From Candidatus Saccharimonadota bacterium (lineage in GTDB: Bacteria; Patescibacteriota; Gracilibacteria; BD1-5; UBA6164): a DNA stretch of 32,000 nucleotides. Position numbers and translations under genes: made by a program. Below, in pieces: positions 10,706 through 20,981 of this stretch (the first letter of the stretch is position 1; each line of letters opens with the position of its first letter). Under the pieces are notes generated by a model. The model had not been told where the DNA came from and did no database searches. It saw nothing but the letters and a program-made list of their open reading frames with translations. The stretch is from NCBI GenBank assembly GCA_965227835.1, contig OZ245768.1, forward strand, positions 120,001 to 152,000. The letters run 5' to 3'.

Positions 10706-12853
10706 TTAAGAATTTTCAATTGAAAGCAAATATAATCTAATTCATTCAAAGTTTTTTTCTTTAATAAGTTTTATAATTTCTTCTTTCTCTTTTTTATAAA
10801 ATAAATTAAAATCAAAAGTTGTATTTTTTGGAGATTCAAGAAAATTGCATATTGATATGTTGATAAAAAATAAATTAAAATTTATGAATAGACCTTCTCA
10901 TTTTTTTTCAAGGAGGTTATACAAAAATAGATTGATGTTAGATTCTTTTGATTTACCTAATTTTTTTAAAGCTTGTCATTTTTCAAAATAAGCTCTTGAA
11001 TTCATAGAATTAGTCTCTATAATTTTATTATAAATCTTTATAGCTCAACTATAATCTCATTTATCAAATAATAATCTTCACTCATTGAAATAAGATTCTG
11101 CTTCAATTCATAATACATACAACCTAATTCATTCAAAATCTTGTTTTTCAAATAGTTTTATTATTTCTTTGGCTTCTTTTTCAAAAAGTATTAAATAATG
11201 ATCTGAAACTCACTCTTTTCAATTCTCAAATAAATCATGTACGAATTTGTTTATATCAGACTCTCTGTATTTTTTTAGAGCTCTTAATGTTACTGACTTG
11301 CAAAAATAAGCACCTTCAATCTTAGGATTGATTTCTATTGCTTTATTGTAATTTTTTATTTCCTTATTATAACTATTTTTATGATATAAATTAATTCATT
11401 TTCTAATATAAAAATATTCATTTTTAGGGTTAAGTTCTATAGCTTTATCTAAGTTTTTTGTTGCTTCATCATGGTTTCACTGTTCCTCTAGATAAATTCA
11501 TTTAAAATAATAATAAAGATCTGAATTTCCAAGGTCAATTTCTATTAATCTATCAAATATTTTCATCGCTTTGTCAAAATATCATTTTCTCTTTAAAGAA
11601 ATTCATCTATTATAAATTACATGTCATAATAATATTTTTTCTGGGTCTCAAGATGTTGCTATTTCATTATCTATAAAATAATTTTTATCCCCATTTATAG
11701 AAATACTAAAATTTTTATAAATTCATTTTTTTCCATCAAATTCTAAATTTTTTCACCATTTTAATTTATGTATTTTTCTACTATATGTAGCATCAAAATA
11801 ATAGCTATCATTTCATATAAAAACCTCTAAAGCTGAATGTTTAGGAATATTTAATCAATTATGTTTTATTCATAATTCAGATAAAAAACAGTGTCATACT
11901 AACGAAAATCATACACAATATAATTCTTTATACCTAAGTATTTTATTGGGTTGATATCAATAGTGATCTGATGAGACTTGATATGGATATTTAGTATTAA
12001 GTATTCATATTATTTCATTTGTAGCCTTTTTCTCTAACTTTATTACTAATTCCTTATCATTAGCTTTTCTTGCTTCTTCTAGTTTCTTCTTAAAATCATC
12101 TATTCAAATTTTTTCTCTGAGTTTTTTTTCATTGATATCCAGAAATTCTGGCAAAATTTCTGATGTACTAATTCTTTCTCCTTCTTTCTTAGGTCTAGAT
12201 TTTATTTCTTCGAGTTCCTTTCTAGTAATAGTCATAAGACCATATCTAAGCATATCCATTGATTTTCTAAAAAAACTTAAATCAAACTCCGTGGTATAAA
12301 GAGATTCTATTAAATCATCTAAATCATCTACATCTTTTAATTTTTTATTTTTCTCTTTTTTATCTACCACATTTTTTTGATTTTTATAACCTTTTATTTC
12401 TCTAATAGATTTTCTAAGAGAAAATATACTAGAATCTATTTCTCCTTGATATTTAGAAAAAGAATCTACAGGCAAAGAGTTTTCAAAAATTATCCTTTCT
12501 ATTTTTTCTTCATTTTCTTTTTTAAGATTTGAGATTTCTTCACTAGAAAGATCTTTAGTTCACAATCTCACATATCATATAAATTTTTTTATATCTAATC
12601 ACAGACTAAATTTTTCATTTAAAAGAAAAACTACTTGAAATAGATCTTTATTATTTAAATCTACAGGCAAATAAAGATCATAAAACTTTCAAAACTTATC
12701 TTCTCAGTTTTCCAAAAGAAACCTTCATTTCATAGAATCAAATTTTTTTCTATCTACAAATACAGGATTTATATGATCTAGAGTTTCTAAGATTTCTTTA
12801 AAAGCCTCTCTTGAATTACTATCCTCAAATAATTTATTGTTTAGATTTAGCAT
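10706..12853 (-). CDS. SirB1/transglutaminase-like + TPR-repeat protein, paralog B (715 aa), with a chimeric C-terminus
   Basis: Frame checked line by line. The N-terminal ~400 aa are very similar to paralog A. The TPR region is strongly diverged. The FEGIRLY(V/L)L tail motif occurs twice (internal, about 11100-11190, and terminal). Confidence 0.75.
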
Positions 12854-12882
12854 ATTTATGAGATTTATTTTTGTTTTTCTTT

Positions 12883-12910
12883 ATTTTAACATATTTATTT
12901 TTTAATGTAA
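12883..12910 (-). promoter_or_regulatory. Candidate promoter of paralog B (duplicate of the paralog A promoter)
   Basis: atgtaa 12905-12910, atttta 12883-12888, 16-nt spacer. The ~70-bp upstream block is near-identical to 10591-10660. Confidence 0.35.
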
Positions 12911-12951
12911 AAAAAGAGACAAGAAATTAATTTAATTTTTTGTCTCTTTTT
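12911..12951. terminator. Bidirectional intrinsic terminator-like hairpin (downstream of pheT)
   Basis: aaaaagagacaa (12911-12922) pairs with ttgtctcttttt (12940-12951). A-run and T-run flank it on opposite sides. Confidence 0.6.
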
Positions 12952-13047
12952 AATTTAAACTACTTTTATTCTAAATAAGCAATCTTCATCACCTAAATTA
13001 TTTTTAAACTACATTCTTCAACATATTTCTAAATTCTAATTTTCATC

Positions 13048-15384
13048 TTATCTATGTATAGCTCATGATTTTACAGCTCTTTTAATAATATCATCTATAA
13101 GTTCGTTTTTTTCTTTATCATTTATTTCACTATCTATTTTTTGTAGGAAAATCTTGAAGGATAAACTCCTTTTGTCTCAAAGCTTTTCTTTATCTTCATA
13201 TATATCAAAAAGCTCTACTTTTTCTATTATATTTGGATTTGTTTTTTTAATAAGCCTTTTTAAATTAGATCAAGAATTATCTTTGTTTATCAAAAAACTT
13301 ATATCAAAACTACTTGCTTGGAATTCAGACATTTGTTTTGTTTTAATTATACTTTCTGTTGATTCTTTTATTTTTTCTAAGTTTATTTCAAAAAATCAAA
13401 TCCTATTTTTTATATCAAAATTTTTTGTAACTATAGGTTTTATTTCTCATAAAAATCAAACTGGCTTTCATCTTACTATTATAGTTGATGTTCTTGTTTT
13501 ATGTGCATATTCTGGTATTTTTTCAGGGGTTTTAAATTCATAGTTATCAATTCATACATACTTAAAAAACCTTAAAACTATATCTTGTATCTCATAATAA
13601 ACTATATCTTTTTCAGATTCTATAACACCTGATATATCGTAGTTTTCTGTTATATCTATTCAATCTTTTTCAAACCTAAATACCTTTTCTACCTCAAACA
13701 ATTTTAAATTCCTAAAGTTTATTCTATTTTTTTCCAAAGACATAAGTAAATTTGGTATCAAACTTGATTTCATATGAGTTAAATCCTCACTTAAAGAATT
13801 TTTCAAAGGTATTAAATTTTTTAATGACATTTCACATTTTCTTGCCAAATCTTCTCAAACAAAGGAATATGTGTACATATCATAAAATCATTCTCACACA
13901 AAAAAACTTCTTGATAGTTTTTTTGTTTTGTACGTATTACCTTGTATTATGGCACCAAGTTCTATATTTGGTATTTGAGATTTTACATTATTATATCAAT
14001 CTATTCTTGCAATTTCTTCTGCTATATCAGCTTTATTATTTAAATCTTTTCTCCAGACAGGTATTATCAATTTATTATTCTCTATTTTTATTCATATATT
14101 TTCCAATATATTTTCCACATCTTTATAATCATTTCAAATTAATCTATTTATGAAATCTAAATCATAATCTATTTTTTTCACTAATTCGTCTCATTTGTAA
14201 CAATCTTTGTAAGAAATAAATTTTAGATTTTTAAAAGCTTTTTCCAGCTCTGAAGCTATTAAACTAACTCACCATTTTGCCGAAACTTTCAATATATCTT
14301 TTTCAAATATATTTAAAGCATCTGTTCTAATTCAAAGTCTTTTCCCAGATATTCTAACTAAACAATGATCAAAATTAGCTGATTCTATTATTATATTTTT
14401 TGTATTATCATCTACACATGAGTTTTTTCATCATATAATTCAAGCTATAGCTACTACTTTTTCTTCATCAGCTATTACCATATCTTTGTCTATAAGTTCA
14501 TATTCTTTGTTATCTAGGGCTAAAATTTTTTCTCATTTTTTTGCATATCTTATAATCAAACCTCATTTTATCTTATCTGAATCAAATATATGTGTTGGTT
14601 GTCCATAAAAGTAAAGAGAATAGTTTGATAAATCTATCAATAATCATTTGGAAGAACAATCTGAAGCTTGTAATACTTCTTTTATATAAAAAGGGCTATC
14701 TGTATTTTCTACATTTTCTACTTTTAATCCTATATATCTAGGTACTACTTCGGGTATTTCGTTTTTTATACTAAGTTCTTTAAGTCAAGAAAAATCTTTA
14801 TCTTCATAGTTATATTCAAATTTTTCTTTTCAAATAGCATATATTTCTCTTAATATTCAAATATGGCTAAATAAATCAGGTCTATGATTTATAGCCTTAT
14901 TATCAACCTCTAATATTGCTTCATTTTTACCTAAATAATCTCTCATAGAAATTCATAAAGGTGCATCTTTTGGAAGTTCTAATATTTTATCTTGCCTTTC
15001 TTCCACAAGTCATAGTTCATCTTCACTACATATCATTCATTCACTAACTTCTCATCTTATTTTTGTTTTTCATATTATTAAATTTTCTTTCAGCTTTGTA
15101 CCTACTAGAGCTACTGCTACCTTTAGACCTTCTTTTACATTAGGAGCACCACATACTATTGGTAATATTTTTCAATTTACTTCTACTTGTGTGCAGTTTA
15201 GCCTGTCACTATTAGGGTGTTTTCTAGCACTTTTTATTAATCATATAAAAACATCTTTTAAATTTTCTTGAGGGTAGTGTATTTTTTCTACTTCGGCTGT
15301 GTGCATTATCAAGTCATTTGTAACATCTTCTGGTGATTTTATGTCTTTTTTCAGTCTTTTTAGACTATTGTATGATATTTTCAT
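13048..15384 (-). CDS. pheT: Phenylalanine--tRNA ligase beta subunit
   Basis: 778 aa, frame verified across all lines. N-terminal tRNA-binding OB region (HPNSDRLNCTQVEVNGKILPIVCGAPNV..IRGEVSEGMICSEDELGL), then B3/4 and B5 regions, and a C-terminal anticodon-binding-like domain. Confidence 0.9.
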
Positions 15385-15459
15385 TTTTTGTTTATTTTAA
15401 AAAATTTTAATTTTCAATTATATCTAGATTTTTATTCTTTCAAGTTAGTGTTTTTTAAT

Positions 15460-16383
15460 TTATATAAAATTTTTGATTTTTCTCAAAAAAATAATAAAAA
15501 AATATTTTACTTTTTTATGGATATACATTTTAGAACCACTTACTTTCCTTATATCTTTTGTTAGTTTGTTTTTAAAGTCACTAACCTTTTTAAGTTTACA
15601 ATTCTTAGAATCTGGATCGCTAACTCACATTAAATCATATATTTTACAACCAATACTTTTAGCATATTTTATAGCTTCCCATTGAACCAAATAGGGAGAC
15701 ATAATATTTCTATATTTTTCCTTACTAGTACTTGCTCAATAATAATAAATAGATATTTCTTTATCAAATATAAATATTCAACCTGATATTATTTCTTCAT
15801 CTTTTTTAGCTAAAATAAGCTTAGAATGATCAATAGTTTTAAGTAAGGTTTTATAATATTTAAATGTATTTCAGCTGAATTTATTCCTGTTTGTTGTTTC
15901 TAAAATCAAATTATAAAATTTTTCTATATTTTCATCATTTTTTTCTGCCATATATACTCTAACTCATTTTTTTTCTGCCAGTTTTATATTGTATCTTCAT
16001 TTTTGTTTCATATTTTCAAGTATTTCCTCATTAGTTTTTTTTAAATCTACTAAGGCAGTAAAAGGGGTTATAAATTTTTTGTAATATCATTTTTTAAAAA
16101 ATTTATCATTGTTTTTTTCTGTGTTTAATAAATCTTTTTTGCTATTATCATAGCTTATTGATTCAATCTGCACAAACAGGCAATTTTCTTTTTTACATAT
16201 ATTTATTAATTCACTAAATATTTTTTTTTCTTGCGATTTTGTAAATTCTTCTAGTCAGTATCATATAACAAAGAGACCATATTCTCAAAATCATATAGAT
16301 CTTTTTTCTACATATGTTTTCTTTTTTGTTTTAATCGTGTTTAACTCAAAAAAATCTGAAGTTTGTTCAGATTTTTTAAGCAT
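15460..16383 (-). CDS. FemAB-family aminoacyl-tRNA-dependent peptidoglycan peptidyltransferase (FemX-like)
   Basis: 307 aa, frame verified. Motifs KGRYNIKLAEKKGVRV, IYYYGASTSKEKYRNIMSPYLVQWEAIKYAKSIGCKIYDLMGV. Confidence 0.7.
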
Positions 16384-16444
16384 TTCTTGCCATATTTTAG
16401 TTTGCCAAATCAATTTTTTTAAAAATTAGTTTAATAATAAAGGG

Positions 16445-17461
16445 CTATTCACCTTTCAAATGATTTATTCAAGCTCCTGTTATTTTTCTTCCTCTTGGTG
16501 TTCTTTCTATAAAACCTATTTGCAACAAATAAGGTTCTACTACATCTTCCAAGGTTGCTTCTTCTTCTCATATGGATGATGAAAGTGTATTAAGTCATAC
16601 AGCTTCACTTGCAAATTTATTGTATAAAGTTTCTAAATATTTCCTATCTAAATAATCAAGTCATATATTATCTATTCATACACCACAAAAAATATTTTCC
16701 AAAGTATTTATGTTTCTTATATCTTTTCAAATAGAGCTATAGTCTCTAACTATTTTTAGTAATCTGTTTGCAACTCTTGGTGTTCATCTGGATTTTTTTG
16801 CTACTACTTTTAGAGTATCTTTACTGAAATCTATACCTAGTTTTTTTGCATTGTTTTCTATTATTTTTGTTATTTCTTCTTCTTTATAAAAATCTAGTTT
16901 TAGTATATTTCAAAATCTATCTCTAAGAGGGCTTGATAATGATGATAGTCTAGTTGTAGCTCATACCAAGCTAAATTGTTTTAAAGGCATTTTTATACTC
17001 TGGGCACCCGTTCAGCTTCAAACCATTATATCAATTACAAAGTCTTCCATAGCAGTATAAAGTATTTCTTCCACTTGAGGTTTTAATCTGTGTATCTCAT
17101 CTATAAATAGTATATCACCTTCTTCTAAGTTTGAAAGTATTGAAACTAAATCTGATTGTTTTTCTATAGCTGGTCAGCTACTTGATTTTAATGAAGCTCA
17201 CATTTCATTTGCTATAATTCCTGATATGGTTGTCTTTCATAATCCTGGAGGTCAGTAAAAAAGCATATGATCTAGATTTTCTTTTCTTATTTTACTTGAT
17301 GCTATTGAAACAGAAAGATGTTTTTTTATCAAATCTTGTCATATATAGTCTTCTAAGCTTAGAGGTCTTAATATATTATTAAAATTTCATCTAGCGTCTT
17401 CTTTTTTTTCACTAGTGCTTACTATTCTTTTTATATCTTGTTTTTTTGATGATTTTAGCAT
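16445..17461 (-). CDS. ruvB: Holliday junction branch migration helicase RuvB
   Basis: 338 aa, frame verified. Walker A LFYGPPGLGKTT, Walker [11 protein letters not shown], sensor GATTR, and PRGRKIT in the C-terminal winged helix. Confidence 0.95.
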
Positions 17462-17981
17462 AGATTTTTTCAATATAGTTTTTATTAATTTAAAATATAT
17501 TCTCTTTAATTTAAAATTCAAATAAGTAAATATTGACTTTATTATCTGTACCAGTAGATAGGTACCACTATTTATTGATATGGAATTGTGTAAAAAAGAG
17601 GATGAGGATATAATAGATTTTGTAAAAAATTTTATTTTATAATCCCAAACCTCTTATGAAATGATTATATGAAAAAATGTGTACTAAGCAAGGAGTAGAA
17701 TCAGCAAGAATCCTCGCGAGGTCGATACTTGAAGAAAACAAAGGAAACGTAAGTAAAACAGCTTATATATTATGATGTTCTCGTAAAACAGTAAGAAGAA
17801 GTAGAGATGGTCCTATAGAAAATATATCAAGAGCTCCTAAGACTCCTCATAATAAAAAAACATCTTCTGATTTAGAATGACTTGTATTACAAGAACGAAA
17901 TAAAACAAAATATTGAAGAGTACGTCTAGCAAAGTATTTATTCCTCAGATATGGAATAACATTCTCTTCCTCTACTATATG

Positions 17982-19184
17982 GATCTGTTGCGTTTTGATT
18001 TTAAAAAGAGTTTTAATTAAGAAATGTACTAAAATAGATGAAAGATTTATAAAATTCATCTATTTTTTGTTAAATTATAGCCATTTTTATATATAATTTA
18101 GGATTTTAGACGCAATCCACCTAAGGAAACTAATCTAAACTATTGGGACTTCCTCTAAAACAACTAATCTTTTGAGATTAAAAGATATAGCTTCCATAAA
18201 TGCAGTAAACTGATTTTTTACTACAGACTTATACCTCACTCTATGATTCATTTTTGAAAATACCCTCTCATAAGGAGATCTAAGTTTAGAATAAAACTTA
18301 TCTTTATCCTTGTTCTTATCTTTCATATTATTTTTCTTTATTGCACATAGATGTAATCACTTCTTTTTTGTTGATATTACAGCCGGTCAAATACAATATC
18401 ACTTATCAGCATATACTGCTCATGAACTTGGTAATACATGCTTCATTCACTTTGCATCTGTTACATTAGCTTGAGTTATAGCTATCTTGTTTATCATTCA
18501 AGATTGCATATCAACACTAGTATGTTTTTTATATCCATACCAAAATTTATTTTTTCATTTAGATCAAATTTTAGCTTCCTTATCATTAGCAACTTTTGGA
18601 AGAGTTTCATTATTCATTTTTTCATATCATTCTTTTATTCATTTATCTCTTTCTTCCCATAAATTAGCTTTAGTAACTAAATGAGAAGCATCTACAAATG
18701 TAAACACTTCACTCATATACCCCTTATTTGATAATTGATTTTTTAAATCTTCAAATATCTTTGATAGTTCATTTGTTCATATCTTTTTTCTTGCTCTTGA
18801 GAATATACTATAATCTGGAGTTTTATCTGTTAATTTAAATCAGCAAAACCATTTACCAGCTAGATTTTCTGCAAGATATTTCTCTAACTCTCTATCTGAT
18901 AAATCTTCCATAAACTGGATTAGTAAACATAGAAATAATTTTTTTACTCAATATCATACATGAGTTTTTCATAGATCTATATTTTTTAGTATTTTATTTA
19001 CTCAATCAAAGTTCCACAATTTCTTAAATTTACGATATTGATGATTTTCTGGAATTAGCTCGTTTAGGATAACAAAACTTATTTGATTTGATTCTCACAT
19101 AGGTATTTTCTTAGAATATAATTACTATCTAATTATATCTCTTTTTTCTCTTTTTAATAGTCAAAGTTTAATTTACAACAGGCT
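17982..19184 (-). mobile_element. IS5-family insertion sequence (about 1.2 kb) nested inside the IS481 transposase gene
   Basis: Flanked by the direct repeat ctatatg (17975-17981 and 19185-19191). Weak terminal IR (..ctgttg at both ends). Contains an intact transposase ORF. Confidence 0.7.
18135..19100 (-). CDS. IS5-family DDE transposase (DUF772-type N-terminus + DDE_Tnp_1)
   Basis: 321 aa, frame checked codon by codon. Motifs FTFVDASH, AVYADKGY (the Gly is TGA), SKLRSPYERVFSKMNHRVRYKSVVKN. Confidence 0.85.
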
Positions 19185-19935
19185 CTATATGAAATATACT
19201 AAAAAGAAACAAAGTAAAAAAGCATCATTATTCTCGTAGAAAATGAGATAGTAAACCTCTATACGATTATCAAAATATTCTTCCCTTTGAGTATGGTCAA
19301 GTAGATACAAAGCATATAGAAGATTTTGAAGCTTTATGAGAACTTTGTTTTATACTAAGAAAATATAATCTTCCTTTATATCAATGGACATATATATGTG
19401 CTAAAACAAAATATAAATTTATAGCTTATTCTCATAGTCTTTCTTCTGAATTTGGTCTTATGTTTATACTTACTATAGCTACATATCTTAGGAGTATGTG
19501 AATATATTATCATATGGAATTTCAATGAGATAATGGCCCTGCTGATTTTTGTGGATGAAGTAAGAGAAAGGAAAATCAGTGGAATGCTATATTAAATAAT
19601 ATAAATTGCTGTTTTAAGAGTATTCCTGCTTGAAAAAAATATCTTCAATGAATTGTAGAGAGATCTCATAGAACTGATGATGAAGAATTATATAGACCTT
19701 ATCTTGATCGCATGAAATCTCTTCCTAATTTTTTAAACCATAGTAGTAAATATATTTATACTTATAATAATTATAGACCTTCTTTTTGAATAGGTATGAA
19801 CGGTTTAAGTCCTATTGAAAAACTTAGAAGTTGTAATATAATTCTTCCTACAAAATTTAATAATTTCCCTGTCCTTATCCTAGATAATCTTGCTAAAATT
19901 GGTGGTACCTATCTAAAGGACCATTACCGTAAATA

Positions 19936-19963
19936 TTGACTTTCTTTTTAATATTTATATTAT
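19936..19963 (+). promoter_or_regulatory. Candidate promoter TTGACT-N16-TATTAT for the downstream membrane-protein gene
   Basis: ttgact at 19936-19941 (inside the right copy of the 15-bp direct repeat), tattat at 19958-19963. Confidence 0.4.
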
Positions 19964-19994
19964 ACTCAAAGTCAATTTTTCTAATTTTAAACTA

Positions 19995-20001
19995 AAGGAG
20001 G
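19995..20001 (+). promoter_or_regulatory. Canonical Shine-Dalgarno (AAGGAGG), 5 nt upstream of ATG 20007
   Basis: ctaaaggaggatattATG. No comparable purine-rich SD was seen upstream of the other start codons I inspected in this window. Confidence 0.7.
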
Positions 20002-20006
20002 ATATT

Positions 20007-20831
20007 ATGGAAAATGACAAAACCGTAGGGGTTAACAAGGAAGTAAGGCATATATTTAATATTAATAAGGTACATATTGGAATATGTATTATTATATATT
20101 TAATTTTGTGGCTTTGTAGTGCTCTTTTCTTTTTGCTATCTATTTTTATGGGTTTAGAGGAAAGACCAGAATATTCAACTGTTGAAGCTTTTTTTATAAA
20201 TCTATTTCCTATTTTAACTATACCTCATATTTCAATATCTTTTATTTTGGCTTTATGTCTGTATTTAGACATTTTTAATAAAGATTCATTTATAGTCAAA
20301 TTCTTGATGTTTGTAGGTATGGATCAAAAAGAAAAGAATGTAATATATCAAATGAATTTATGTAGTTGTTTGTACTATCCTGTTTCTTTGTTTATAGCAC
20401 CTCTTGTTGTTGCATTCTACATACTGTTTTTTCTGTTTTTTTTGATTAATAGAACTATATATCCTATAGGAAAATTAATCCTTGGTTTTCTTTTTCTTGG
20501 TAGATATAAGTTAAGTAATAATAATCTAGATGTCTTTGATATGCCTTTTAATTTGAAGGTTTATCAATATAAACTGGATGGAGAATCTGCTTTTAAAGTT
20601 CATATTCCTTTTATATGTGATGAAAAAACAGATAAAGTAAGTATAATTGCTGTTTTTACTTATCTTTTTATTTATTCTTTTTTACTTTATAATTTTCCTA
20701 AGACTATGGGAGTTATTACTGCTATTTTCATAGCTTTGTTTTTAATCCTTTCTTATAATCTAGGACCTAAGTTCAAAGATTTTATTAAAGTACTGAGTTC
20801 AAGAGTATGTATAATACGTAATATACAGTAA
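20007..20831 (+). CDS. Multi-pass membrane protein of unknown function; the only long gene here with no TGA codon
   Basis: 274 codons, intact even under the standard code. All 10 Gly are GGN by hand count. About 7 hydrophobic segments. SD upstream and a strong terminator downstream. Confidence 0.75.
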   Translation: MENDKTVGVNKEVRHIFNINKVHIGICIIIYLILWLCSALFFLLSIFMGLEERPEYSTVEAFFINLFPILTIPHISISFILALCLYLDIFNKDSFIVKFLMFVGMDQKEKNVIYQMNLCSCLYYPVSLFIAPLVVAFYILFFLFFLINRTIYPIGKLILGFLFLGRYKLSNNNLDVFDMPFNLKVYQYKLDGESAFKVHIPFICDEKTDKVSIIAVFTYLFIYSFLLYNFPKTMGVITAIFIALFLILSYNLGPKFKDFIKVLSSRVCIIRNIQ

Positions 20832-20850
20832 CTTCCCCATAAAACTTTAC

Positions 20851-20881
20851 AGGTATGCACCTTTGGTGCATACCTTTTTTT
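20851..20881 (+). terminator. Rho-independent terminator
   Basis: aggtatgcacc (20851-20861), loop ttt, ggtgcatacct (20865-20875), then a T-run to 20881. An 11-bp perfect, comparatively GC-rich stem. Confidence 0.85.
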
Positions 20882-20981
20882 ACGAGGCAATTATTTCAAA
20901 CTAAAACAATTTGAAAATAACTTTTATTTTTTTATAATTTTTAAAATTTTATATTTTAATAAAAAACTTATGAATCTATAC

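Larger units (their letters stand above)
17541..19928 (+). mobile_element. IS481-family insertion sequence, inactivated by a nested IS (about 1.18 kb without the insert)
   Basis: Flanked by the 15-bp direct repeat gtaaatattgacttt (17526-17540 and 19929-19943). Perfect 14-bp inverted repeat tagataggtaccac (17555-17568) / gtggtacctatcta (19902-19915) near both ends. It carries a split rve-type transposase gene. Confidence 0.7.
17656..19951 (+). pseudogene. IS481-family (rve/integrase-core) transposase split by an IS5 insertion (5' part 17656-17981, 3' part 19190-19951)
   Basis: 5' part: HTH VSKTAYILGCSRKTVRR..RAPKTPHNKTSSDLEGLVLQERNKTKYGRVRLAKYLFLRYGITFSSSTI. 3' part: GNILKRNKV..QVDTKHI..EFQGDNGPADF..VERSHRTDDEE (D, D, E). 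Removing 17982-19191 restores one frame. Confidence 0.8.

Noticed and set aside
13154-14153. Plus-strand ORFs 13154-13543 and 13752-14153 (129 and 133 aa).
   Set aside because: They are antisense to pheT, which is continuous and conserved over this span. Their sequences are hydrophobic and low-complexity, with no motifs.
17847-18684. Short standard-code ORFs inside the IS cluster: 17847-18059 (minus), 18438-18662 (plus) and 18487-18684 (plus).
   Set aside because: They are antisense or out of frame relative to the IS481 fragment and the intact IS5 transposase, which explain the region fully.
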